Assembly (NCBI GenBank): GCA_016906335.1
Contig: JADEYG010000003.1
Span: forward strand, 868,001 to 932,000
Length of the DNA stretch: 64,000 nucleotides
Direction: 5' to 3'
Origin: Novakomyces olei
Taxonomy: Eukaryota
The position numbers and the translations under genes are program-made. Each line of letters begins with the position of its first letter. Within the stretch, counting starts at the first letter, position 1. This document shows, piece by piece, positions 36,811 through 47,900 of this stretch. Below the pieces are notes generated by a model. The model was not told the origin of the DNA, did not search any database, and worked only from the letters and a program-made list of their open reading frames with translations.

Positions 36811-39800
36811 TCAAAACAGGCGCGACTTGTGGAGATCTTCATCGGTATAATCGCCCAGGAAACTGTTGTGCCCATCAAAGAAGGCAGACCCCTCATCTTT
36901 GACTTGGGAAGATAGTCCGCCGTCTTGAATACGATCCTCAGTATGAAGCTGGCTCCTGTCTCCCGGCTCTTTGATCCCATTAAGCTGTACATGATGAAGA
37001 CTGGGATCCGTGTGCCTTGCCTCGTGACCCGCCGAATCCACTCCGTATCCGAAATCCGTCTGTAATCCAGCCAGATCCGGGACGCCATTAATAAGCAAAT
37101 CCGGATCGTAAGCCGACTGCATGGCGTTATTGAACAGAGCTTCCGGCGTCACTATGCCACGTGAAGCAGATGAAATTGCTTCCGTTCCAACGTCTTTTTC
37201 TTTATGATTATTCTCGATCTTTGCGCTAGACCGAACACTTGCACTGCCTCCACCAAGACTGAACCCTAGAGAAGAGGTTCCCTGGGAGACAGACGTCGGC
37301 TCCGACGCTCCGGGCTCTCCGGGCAATTGGGAAAAAGTGGAAAGATGTTGCGAAGAGGCAGAAGACGATCGCGAAGCATGGTCGAGTACTCCGTGTACGT
37401 TTTTACCCTCATCATTGTTGTTGTTACTGTCGAGGCTATGCTCCGTGTGATGGAAGAACTCGTTGTCAGGAGAGTGTCCATGCTCGTCGTGAAAGTACCC
37501 AATCTCTCGACCAGCAGAGTCGTTAAACTGTGCATTAAACTGGCTGTCCATAACATATCGGCCAGCGTCATCAAACTCTGCTTGGCGGTGGTGCCACACT
37601 GCGTCTGCAAGGTTATCGTCGTTTTCAGAAGGGGTTTTATCCTTGTTTTTACTGTTGCCAAACCCTGGCTTTTGCCTCATTTCTCTGCTGTTGGGCTTCA
37701 CGGATCCCCGTGTATCATCGTACACTCGTGCCCTTGGCCGCTGCTCGAGTCCGTGGTTTACCTTGATGTCACGGTAAGCGTCTCCAATGTATATATTCCG
37801 TCCGCCTCTCTTGTAATGAGTCCGTTCATGCGCACGCAGGTTATCTGCACGGGAGAAAAGACGGCCACAGCCGCTAATAGAGCATACAAAGTGGCGTTCG
37901 CCGGTATGAGTCTTTGCGTGTCTCCGTAAATGCTCAAGACGTTTAAATCGTCGAGAGCATTGCTCACAAGCGTGAGGCTTATCGTGCAGAGCTGCTACTG
38001 CCGCAGCAGCAGCTGCTGCAGACGAAGAAGAAGCTGAAGCAGACGAAGAAGAAATAGCTGCTAGAGACGGGATTGTTCCAGTGGGCGATAAATTAGAAGC
38101 ATCCTGATTTACAGGCTGACGAGCGGCAGGAGCCGGGCTGGAAGCTGTAGAAGAATTCCTCAGCAGGGCCAGTCTCTGTGGATTAGTGTTTGTCGTCATT
38201 CTAGCAGGAACAGCAGCAGAGGATTGAGTCCGTCTCAGTCTGGGCTGAACGGCAGCGGCCATGCTGGACGGAGAAGACCGTGAGGTGGAGGTAACGGGCC
38301 CACCAGAAGACTGAGAGTGCTGCATGGAGAACGATCGATACAGGGAAGCAGCCTCCATATTCGGAGAAGAAGAGCCCTGGCTGCTGTGCGACGACAGTGG
38401 AGGCGAAGGGCGGGTCTGTGAGTGATGGAGTATTGAATGAGCTGCTGCTGCTCCCGCAGTAGACTGACGATACTCGTCTGTGAACATGGCAGGGACGGCA
38501 AGAGGGTTTTGTAGGCTCTGTAGGCTCTGTTGATCAAACAGATCTGCACTAGAGATATGGGGCTGGGACTGGTCTTGGCTTGCAAACAAATCCATACTCT
38601 GTGTCTGGTCAAGGGCCGCCTGATCAAGGTTGCCTGCTGCCGAGTCGAGGACTCGTCTCGCCGGTCGGGAAGGTAAGTGAGCCTCTGGGGACAGTACATA
38701 GCTCTCCTCGCCTTTATCTCGGGGAGAAGAGACAGAGGAGGCGTTGAACGGGGCATAAGACGAAGGGAACCCTGCGCCTTCAGAGAAGGAAAACGTCATT
38801 GGCGAGCTCATAGCCTGTGTGAACGCAGAGGCAGAGGAGGAAGAGAACTTTTTTCCGCTCAATGACGCTCGTCTCATTGGCGAAAAGGGGGTCGCTGAAC
38901 CCGTCCATTGCCGACTGCTGCTGGCCGACTGAACGGACAGCGGAGTCGAAAGCGAAGCGACAGATACAGGAGACGATTGGCCATTGTTATTATTATTATT
39001 GTTATTATTATTGCCGTTGCCTTTATTATTATAATTATTATTGTACTGCCAGGGTGAAGAGTAGTACGGGTTGACTCCACACTCTTGCAGCCGTGGTGTA
39101 TGCACTTCGCCAGCCCGCAACGGTGCTGATCCTCCCACAGAACTGTCAATCTGTCTCTTGAGCGGAGACGTGAGACTGGTGCTCCTGTAGAGTCCAGACA
39201 CGGCAGAGCCTCCGCCACTGGCGGCTCTGCTCCTTGTCTCGGTCGGACTCGCCAGCATTTTAGCTGGCGAGCTGGCTTTTGGTGTCGAAAAGACTCGAGC
39301 ATCCACCGCGTCTGCTCCACTGCTTATACCCGCTCCAGAGCCTATACCCTCTTGTAGCTGTGCTCTGCCAGAACTGCTGTACCGACGGCGATTAAAGTAG
39401 GACACTGGCGGCGGCGGCGGCACTTTTTGTGCCACGAGCGGAGCAGCACTGCTCCGGCCGGAATCGCCGATTCTGCTCTGTGCTTCTGCGCCGGACGAGC
39501 CAAGCGCGACGCGTCTCGACCTGTCCGGTGTATGATTCAGTATCGTGTCTATCGCGTTGCCGAACCTCGGGTTACGCGTCGTGGCGTGAGAATCGAGTGG
39601 GTGAGCGTTCTGGAAACTGCCTTTCCCCGCACCAGTCGTGCCGGGTAAGCTGCCTTTTGGCCGCGCTTCGATCTTTGCCCTGTGAGGCTGTACGTACAGC
39701 GCCGAGGGCTCTAACGCGCCAAACTCGCCGGCAATTCCCAAATCTTCTGCGCCTAAAAAGCCTTCAATCTGTGCGTCATTGTACGCGAGAGCCGTGTCCA

Positions 39801-39966
39801 TAAACCCGCCGGAGGCTGAGACATTGGCAGCTGCGGGCAGGTATCGCCGAGAAAGCGCTTCATCGCCAGTATCCGCTTCAGAATGGTTCTGGTGGGGTAA
39901 AGACCACGAGGAAGTCGAATGGTGCCGCTTCAATGGAGGCGGAGTGAGTAAATACGCGTCATCCAT
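36811..39966 (-). CDS. C2H2 zinc-finger transcription factor (two fingers; Msn2/BrlA class)
   Basis: CEQC...[24 protein letters not shown]...[21 protein letters not shown] inside a 1051-aa Ser/Ala/Asn-rich ORF. Confidence 0.9.
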   Translation of the reverse strand: MDDAYLLTPPPLKRHHSTSSWSLPHQNHSEADTGDEALSRRYLPAAANVSASGGFMDTALAYNDAQIEGFLGAEDLGIAGEFGALEPSALYVQPHRAKIEARPKGSLPGTTGAGKGSFQNAHPLDSHATTRNPRFGNAIDTILNHTPDRSRRVALGSSGAEAQSRIGDSGRSSAAPLVAQKVPPPPPVSYFNRRRYSSSGRAQLQEGIGSGAGISSGADAVDARVFSTPKASSPAKMLASPTETRSRAASGGGSAVSGLYRSTSLTSPLKRQIDSSVGGSAPLRAGEVHTPRLQECGVNPYYSSPWQYNNNYNNKGNGNNNNNNNNNNGQSSPVSVASLSTPLSVQSASSSRQWTGSATPFSPMRRASLSGKKFSSSSASAFTQAMSSPMTFSFSEGAGFPSSYAPFNASSVSSPRDKGEESYVLSPEAHLPSRPARRVLDSAAGNLDQAALDQTQSMDLFASQDQSQPHISSADLFDQQSLQSLQNPLAVPAMFTDEYRQSTAGAAAAHSILHHSQTRPSPPLSSHSSQGSSSPNMEAASLYRSFSMQHSQSSGGPVTSTSRSSPSSMAAAVQPRLRRTQSSAAVPARMTTNTNPQRLALLRNSSTASSPAPAARQPVNQDASNLSPTGTIPSLAAISSSSASASSSSAAAAAAAVAALHDKPHACEQCSRRFKRLEHLRRHAKTHTGERHFVCSISGCGRLFSRADNLRAHERTHYKRGGRNIYIGDAYRDIKVNHGLEQRPRARVYDDTRGSVKPNSREMRQKPGFGNSKNKDKTPSENDDNLADAVWHHRQAEFDDAGRYVMDSQFNAQFNDSAGREIGYFHDEHGHSPDNEFFHHTEHSLDSNNNNDEGKNVHGVLDHASRSSSASSQHLSTFSQLPGEPGASEPTSVSQGTSSLGFSLGGGSASVRSSAKIENNHKEKDVGTEAISSASRGIVTPEALFNNAMQSAYDPDLLINGVPDLAGLQTDFGYGVDSAGHEARHTDPSLHHVQLNGIKEPGDRSQLHTEDRIQDGGLSSQVKDEGSAFFDGHNSFLGDYTDEDLHKSRLF

Positions 39967-40064
39967 AGCAATGGCAGCGGCCCAGCCGCTTTCAACGCTA
40001 CTCGGACGCGCTTTGATCCGTCGGGCTACAAAAGTAGGGAAAATAGTATATGAATATTTAAATG

Positions 40065-40140
40065 TATATTTAAATGAATCAAATAGTATATGAATAAAAT
40101 AGTATATGAATAAAATAGTATATGAATAAAATAGTACAAG
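40065..40140. repeat. Tandem 17-mer (AAAATAGTATATGAATA) in the upstream region of the C2H2 gene
   Basis: Three adjacent copies at about 40081-40130, another near 40040, and a duplicated GAATATTTAAATGTAT segment. Confidence 0.7.
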
Positions 40141-41638
40141 AATATTTAAATGTATTTAAATATATACGACACACTAACACTACACTACACGTTTTGTTGC
40201 TAGTATCGCGCAGTGGAGGAGATTTGCAGTATAAAATCGGGATGAAAATGTGTACCGCTATTAATCAACACTATAATAAACACATAATAAACACTAAACA
40301 CATTATAAACACTAACCCGCGATAAAGACGCGTTTACGGTATACGGCAGTTGGCGCGCAGGCGGTCGGGCGGTTTAACAGCCATTATTTGCTCAATTGCT
40401 CGCTACATGGCCGAGAGCCTTACTAACCTGTGCCCTCGAGAACTATAGATCGTGTATGACAGTTTCTGTATATGCGTTATTCATGTTGGAGCGCTATTCG
40501 CGGGAGCCATTGCGTGAGACTATAGGGAATCGAGTCGTGTACTAGCTTTGGGATAGGGACACGCTAGCACTATTGGCGTAGTCGCCGGTAAATGTTTGGC
40601 CTCAATCTCCATGGGCTAACGATTGCGGGCAAGTAATGTGGCACATGTACCGTTACAAATCAGGAAAAGTAATGCTGCTGCAGCCGAGTAGCACAGTATC
40701 CTTGAATCTCATGTATTACAACCACTTTAGGCGCCCGCATTATATAGTCACAAGTCATACAGCGCATGGGTCGAAAGTCGTAAAGGGCAAAGTCCTAAAG
40801 GCCCTTACCTGCCATGGTTGGTGATTAGGGGAAACATGATTGGGCATTCTTCCTGTAGCAAACCCAATGCCTTATTCTAATTACGCCTTCATGTTTGAGC
40901 AAGGGCCGTTTGTGTCTCCTACAATTGACACTTACGCATCTTTTGCGTATTGATATGTATGGAAGTTGTATTGCAATTTACACTAGTATTGTAAATGACG
41001 CTGCAATGTAAACAAGTCTTTTTTATTGCGTTTGAGACAATATCCAATTACATGGAATTCGTTGTCCAACTGCTGCGCTGTGACCAAAACTCGTCACATG
41101 TCCTTGTGTGATGTGCATATGACCTGTGCGTGCAAAAGAGAGAGTGTGTGTATGCAAACTGAAATTTTTGACGCGCACTGAACACAGTCGCAAGCCCGCG
41201 CGCGTCCCACTCGCACCCGTCTCACGCACAGTCCTCTTGAAGCGAATAATATAAGCAGAATAAATTATTTTAAATAAATCTAATGTATAAAGCGCACATC
41301 CTTCGGGCCAGCCATTAGACTTCAATCTTTTGCGGCATTGGCTAACGCTTTACGCACTCGCAATTCAAGTGGCCGCTAATAAATTCTCCCAAGGCTAACC
41401 GGGAATCGTGACTCTCATAATTTTACGTTACTTCGCATGGGAGAGTTATAGCGGCGATATGTCAAGCTGAGGCTATCAAGTAGCAATAAATGTCGAATTA
41501 TTCTATGACTAGTGTAGTATTATTTATTTCTTTATTTTGTGATTAGTGTAGTATAGACAAATTTTGTTTATTACCAAAATACGGTGAAGGCACACACGGC
41601 GGATCGTACACGCAACAGCATCGAGTTAAAAGCAAACC

Positions 41639-42204
41639 ATGGCGGCGCGTAAGTTGCAGTGCTATTCTAATTTCGTCTTGTTTGTAGTCTTGACTAACAC
41701 AGAAAATAGAATTCAACGAGCTGGCTCGGCAGTTTACCGTAAGAAGGCCAAATTGATCCGTGTACTAAACGGCTCTCTAGGACTTTTACTACCAGACCTT
41801 TGACCGTGATCGCTCACAGCTGGCTGCTCTTTACGTAAACACTACATATGCTTAGCGATCAGTATCTAACTTGTCAATATAGCGCGATCAATCGATGCTC
41901 ACGTTTGAAGGCGCTGGCATTCAGGGAACTGCCAACATTGTGGAAAAACTGACGTCCTTGCCCTTCCAAAAAGTCGTCCATCGCGTCTCCACCCTCGACG
42001 CACAGCCGTCGGGTCCCAACTCTACCGGCGTGATCGTCATGGTAACCGGAGAGCTCTTGGTTGACGAGGAACAGAACGCCCAGCGCTACAGCCAAATATT
42101 CCATCTTGTCAATGACAATGGCAATTATTTCGTGTTGAATGTACGGTTTATTACGCGCTTACATACTAATATTAAAGGACATTTTCCGATTAAACTACTC
42201 GTAA
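41639..42204 (+). CDS. NTF2: Nuclear transport factor 2; exons 41639-41648, 41710-41738, 41781-41834, 41883-42140, 42178-42204
   Basis: Spliced product [40 protein letters not shown]...TLDAQP...YSQIFHL...NDIFRLNYS. Confidence 0.95.
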
Positions 42205-42638
42205 TTACGGCTGGTTTTGAGCGCTTTGGAAAACCTGTATCGGATTGATCTTGTGGCAAGAGTAGTCCTTAAATTTGAGTCGGCAGCAGAAATGTTTTCG
42301 CGAGTTTGTGTGGCAGTTCATCTTGACTGCCCGTAACGAGTATGCGATAGCTGCAATTGAACTATTGTAATTCAGTGCAAAGAGGTTTCCATAAAATAAA
42401 GAGGATTAAAGTAAAGACTATTCACAAAATGGTGCAGATTGAATTCGCGACGTCACCCATCCAAAGTAAATTCCAGACTAAAGCACGCGCGATTGGCAAT
42501 AGCCAATGTTTATAATTGCGAGTCTCCATCTATCCAAATCTGTTGAGACCAATTAACCTTTTGCCCTATGATTTTGTTTTCCTGAACAGTGTTCTGTTCG
42601 TCGGTACGCTGCTCGTAATTCACGATTAAGCTTGAGCA

Positions 42639-45301
42639 TCATTTTTCGGCACGGGAAAGAGCTATCTTGTGCCTCAGTATGGGAAAGAATAGAGCCTCTA
42701 CTGACTGGTAACTTTGGTTGGCGGCGGAAATGACTCTAATCTCGCCGTCATTTATCTCAATATGAGAGGAAGCCTGGTTATTGACATCTAATCCCGGTGC
42801 ATCTAGATCAGGACGTACTTGAGGCAGCCAGCCCGCTCCCGGATTTCCATCTGCACAAAACGTCGTCCAAAGATTTCCCACTAGCTGGGCCGTTACCCGC
42901 TCTATGTGCTGCGAAAGTGAAGGCTCATGGTAGAATAAATAAGGCAGATCGCTTGCATGATGAACCCCGAGACCAGCAGCTCTTCGACTTGCCTGAGAGG
43001 CTTTCCATATATACCAGAAAACAGGAATGTGAACGTGTGATAGCTCCCTTGCAGTGTACAATTGTGGGGCAACAAACGAGCCATGACCAATCAAAGCTGA
43101 CATTGGATTCTTACGGAAATCGGCCGTGTGAGCTTCTGGCGGGTATGATCGAATGAGTTCTGATCTAATCGGCTCCGAAAAATTTTGTAGAAATCTGGCC
43201 ATTTTCTGCGGGTCATCAAGCTAGAAGTCAGCTTCTAGTAATATAAAACGGTCAGGAAGGTTGCAGATCAACTAGATGCAACTACTTATTAATAGTAAAT
43301 ATAGAGAAAATGGTGTAAACACTAGCAATCTCAAATAGCAGCAAATAATGAGAATGAAAATGAAAACAATAGATTAAAAAGATGTAGTTGAATGAAGATT
43401 GGCAACAAGAACAATACCAAACTTAAATTCATGAAAATAGTAACAGCAAGCCAAAAGAATACTTACCCCGAAATTCCGGGCAAACGACGTTCCCTCATCC
43501 GCAACATGGCCCATCATAACAGCCTGAAGCCCCTTGACAAGACGGCCAGAAGAAATAGCAACATCAGGATGCATTTCCCATATGGCATCCTCGCCAGTCT
43601 CGACACAAGCGGACCAGAACCAGTCGAGCCGAGTTACTTCGAGCAGAGTCTCTGTCGGCACCGCACAAAGTTTGTCGAACCGTTCCTTCGGCGTTTCCCC
43701 CGTAATTCCAAGAGCATTGAGATAGTACTCGTAAACAGGCTGATGACGATCCACAGGGAGCATATCCTGATATTTAGCAGGGAAGGTTAGACGATAGAAA
43801 TGACTATAATTTGGAATAGCAGCCAGAAATGAAAGGTTTATCGTGAGAGCAATTCAGTATATATAATAACAAAGTACACATATACTTCATTGAAGAAGAA
43901 AGAAATAACGAAGATAGTCGACTTCAAAGATAAATTGCGGGGAATGGCAAAGACAGCCGGCCTGCGCTTGAAATGGAAACGCATTCCGCCATTATAGCTC
44001 AAGTATCAAAAGGAAGAAACATGAAATGATACTATTTAATATTTGAACAAAATTAACAGGACCAGACACTATCGTGCTTTATCACAATCTGTAAAGAACG
44101 GCTATACCAAGTAATGATTATGACCCAAATGACAAAATTGCCATCCGGCACGAAAAACCAAATAACACTAACGAGAAATGATATAGAGAAAATAAAAGTA
44201 TTTTACTCAAAAAATAAAAAAAACTAAAAAATAAATAAATAAACAAAAAGACAGACAGACAAATGAATTGAATTAACTGAGTACTTGAGAATAAATAGTA
44301 AAAATATTAACAAATGCTTGCTCATACCATAGTAGTCGCAGACCCGGATTGCATGATAGCACGCTTTATGTAAGGGAGTCCACCAGTCAATTGATATGCA
44401 ATAGAAACAGCACCAGCCGACTGGCCAACAAGCGAGATCTTTGTTCGATCACCACCAAAATTAGAGATATTTGCATGAACCCATTCAAGAGCCATACGTT
44501 GATCGTGCAGGCCATAATTGCCCTGGTGACCGCCATTGCAGGCAGCAATATCACTCGAAGCTAAGAATCCGAAAATGTTGACTCTATAATTTGGTACTAC
44601 GACCACTACATTATGCTTGCGCACATACTCTGTCGCGTCGTACCAGGGAACAGCGGCAGATCCATCGCGCCAAGAGCCACCATAGATATACAGCATTACA
44701 GGCAGCTGAACGGCACCGCGACTGGCTGCCTCGGGACAGTAAACACAGAGATTAAGACAGTCCTGTTCACTAGATCCGGGCTCCCTAATAAAGTCAGGGC
44801 ATAGAGCCAGCATTTCCGTGAGAAGACGGCCTTTCTTTTGAGGGCATTGAGGCCTGCATCTGGTTAGTCAAGAAAGACAAAGAAAGAGAGGCAGAAGCCT
44901 AAGCTAAACACAAACACTACAAATGCAAATACAAATGCCAAGCTTAAATCAAAAATCACGAAACGATAAAGTGAACGAATGCAATATTATTAATTAATCA
45001 ATTATTGATCTGTCAATCAACCCACATAGCCGTTTTAAATTTAATTGTCCACAAATTCAATCAAAGCCTAAACAAATTTTGCGTACCCATAATTAAAACA
45101 GTCCCTGGGCTCGGTCCAAGGTATCGGCGCAGTAGGCCGATGAAACCGTTTCGCCCGTGCAAAAGGTAACCCTAAGAACTTTGCAACCGGAGAACGGCCA
45201 CCATCGCGTGCATTTACATTTGGCGTTGGCGATAAAGGACAGGTATCAATGAATCCCACCACAGGACCGTTTGTCGTCTCCACCGTCAGCCGATCTGCCA
45301 T
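42639..45301 (-). CDS. Type-B carboxylesterase/lipase, 4 exons
   Basis: KFLGLPFA, SEQDCLNLCV, YIYGGSW, NYRVNIFGFL, nucleophile GQSAG, acid GHVADEG, His GVHHASDL. Confidence 0.92.
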
Positions 45302-45790
45302 ATCGACGATGTGCCGCTGTGGAGATTATGTCGCATCGTAGTTTCACATGTGACAGCTGTGTTACTTGTGCGTCGAATTATACGTTTGGAAAAATTGGCA
45401 ATAGCAGGCGCGTAAGTAGACATTACTGTTATTTCAGCCAGAATTTCGGGATATAGTTAGTCTAGTCAAAAGCTAGAATCACATAGGGTTAGGGTTAATT
45501 TGTCTCGTCCTGACACTAACTGTTAAATACTGGCGGAACTAATCATTAATATATCTTTTCAGCAAGTAAGCATCCATTTACACAACAAGAATCACTCGTT
45601 AGTAGAGCACAATTTTCCCTTTTTTTTTCAGGTCTAGTTCTTCACTCTCCTCGATCAAGCTGCGCTTGATAAGTATATCATCACGCTTTGCTGAGGTAAT
45701 GGCAGATTTGAAGTGCACATATACTCGCGCTGTTGTTGCCGAAAGAGATGACTTTTTTCCGGCATTGATTGCGCGAGTATATGCGCTAGT

Positions 45791-45876
45791 GTTCCAAGGA
45801 TGAGACGCATCATCGCGACAAGGCCGGCCTTACGGCCGGGCTCGTGGGCTCTTTTACATTTAAGTCGCTGAGGAAC
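45791..45876 (+). ncRNA. Candidate box C/D snoRNA-like module inside a larger structured region
   Basis: Terminal stem GTTCC/GGAAC directly flanks a variant box C (AGGATGA, 45797-45803) and box D (CTGA, 45868-45871) in K-turn geometry; internal hairpin CCGGCC-TTAC-GGCCGG. No target recognised. Confidence 0.5.
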
Positions 45877-47316
45877 TTTTACCTTCAGCCCTATTTGAGC
45901 TCTATTTGAGGCTTTACTGTTGATCTGGTATACCTTTTAATTCATGGCTTTGACGATTGTTGTACCTCCATGGATGTGGTAAAAATAATATTTCTTTCGC
46001 TTTTCTTAGGCACGAGCATAATGGGCTCAAGGCATCAACCCTTCCCGATCTATTCTGATATTGATTGCTTGATGATCGTATCATTGAGGGAAAGTCGTCT
46101 TTTGTACGATGACCAAAAATCATATAAAGCGCGCCTCTGCATGATTCCACTCGTTCATCCTTTTCTTCGAGTTACGTACTATATACTTGACTAGAATGAG
46201 ACCAGCAAGCTGTCCATCATACTTTTTTCCTTCGTAAAATTAACTTAAAATAGAATTAAAAAAATATATATTAGGCTAATGTATTGTGGCATAAACACTT
46301 TTAAGGACGCCTGGCATTTTTACGATTCGAGAGTTACGACGTTCATCACATCCCCGTCGTATCGTAGTAGAGGATTATCAGTCACGGAACGTTGGGATAG
46401 TAATTCGCTTCGGAGCGCACAAAAATATCGGAACCCAATCACGTTGAGCGACCATGTGGTAGCGCTGACAGCCTGCACCAAAATAGAAGCCTTGTTAATT
46501 AGGCCAAAGTTTTCGGTGAAAAGGATGGGCATGCCGTAGTTGCATAATCTTAGACGTAAGGTTTGATCAGCAACGAATAACGTATCCCGCTATTCTAAAT
46601 TATTTAGAGATGTACATGAAGGTCCATATAGCTAGTTGAATCAATTATAATCGGCGTCACGAGCAGACAATTCAATCTACATTTGTGCCTTGTGATATCT
46701 GTGGCAGAGCACGCTATTGCACTATACCCTCGTCACTGTAGAGTTAGCATTCTCGCATTGCACACAAGCCAAGAAACTCTACACAAAAGTTGATTCGGTC
46801 ACAAATATGCTGCTAATATTCGGTCAAAGAAGACTGATGACATCATCTTCATCACATTGCATTTGACGGGCATTAACAAAAATGGTGTCCGTATATTAAT
46901 TTGCAATATGGAACATGAAATAGAAAGTGACAATTATAAGGAGTCAAGATTAATTAGATGTCGGAATATATTCAACGACGATCGGACATCCATTTAATAT
47001 TATGAAGCGTGTAAAAAGTGATGTTCATATAAAAGGAAAATGCTTAATATAATTAATTATATTTCATTATTTATACATGGAGTAAAATTATTGTACTTGG
47101 CAGCTGTTATTTTTAGACATCAATCATACACAAAGAGCCATCAAAACCATCAAGTAATCGTAATGAATGTGATCGGGATGATGACAGGCAATTTACGAGA
47201 GACCTGACACAATCATATCCACAGCACAGAGGCAATGCAGGCACTAGACGCAAGAGATCACCCATAGTCTCCAATAGATTCTCATAACATTACCCGAAAC
47301 ATGAACAACATTCTTG

Positions 47317-47349
47317 ACGCGTTAGCGCCACGAACGCGTGCCGACGCGT
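47317..47349. promoter_or_regulatory. Three perfect MCB elements (ACGCGT) within 33 bp, upstream of the MscS gene
   Basis: ACGCGT at 47317, 47334 and 47344; Reb1-like TTACCCG at 47290. Confidence 0.55.
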
Positions 47350-47900
47350 AAATTATGCGCGAGCGACGGAATATTTTCCTATTCGATCATTGGGGGTCGG
47401 CAATTTGGCTGTGTTTCGACTAATTTCGCACTATGTGTTTTATTTATAATAGCCTATAAAGTAATGATGACATATATACTAAGGCGCTAAGATTACTTGA
47501 CTACTTGTCTGATGTACCAGGAAGCCACAATGGGAATAAAGGAGCAAACCAAGAATTTGCGGCAGTTATACACGAGACGTGGTCCTGGTTCACTTGGTTT
47601 GCTTGCCAATCTTTTAAGGTTTGACACCAGACTTTTTAAAGGAACCCGAGTACTAGAGCTGTGCCGTATTAGCCTCTTTTGAGAGACAAAACGCCAGACT
47701 TTTCGTTGTCTCGGGATTGGCTGGCAGCAAGTCAATTTTTAGAGTATTTGTTGCACTCGCCAGCGAGTCGGGCTGCGAAAAAACGTTTCCGTTTAAAGAG
47801 CAGCCTGGCTTTCATTGCACTTTTTACAATTTTAATTTCAAGTCTAGTGCTTTTCGTTTGCCGCGAAAACTGAGCCAAGAGCTCTTGACTCTGCTTGGCA

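Noticed and set aside
45167-45175. TAACCCTAA, a perfect telomerase-template-like 9-mer
   Set aside because: It is the antisense of codons in the conserved FLGLPF motif of the carboxylesterase. No CTAACCC template was found on the + strand of the structured locus, so telomerase RNA is not called.
46083-46100. GAGGGAAAGTC resembling RNase P/MRP CR-I
   Set aside because: No convincing CR-V partner or P1 closing helix could be found by eye.
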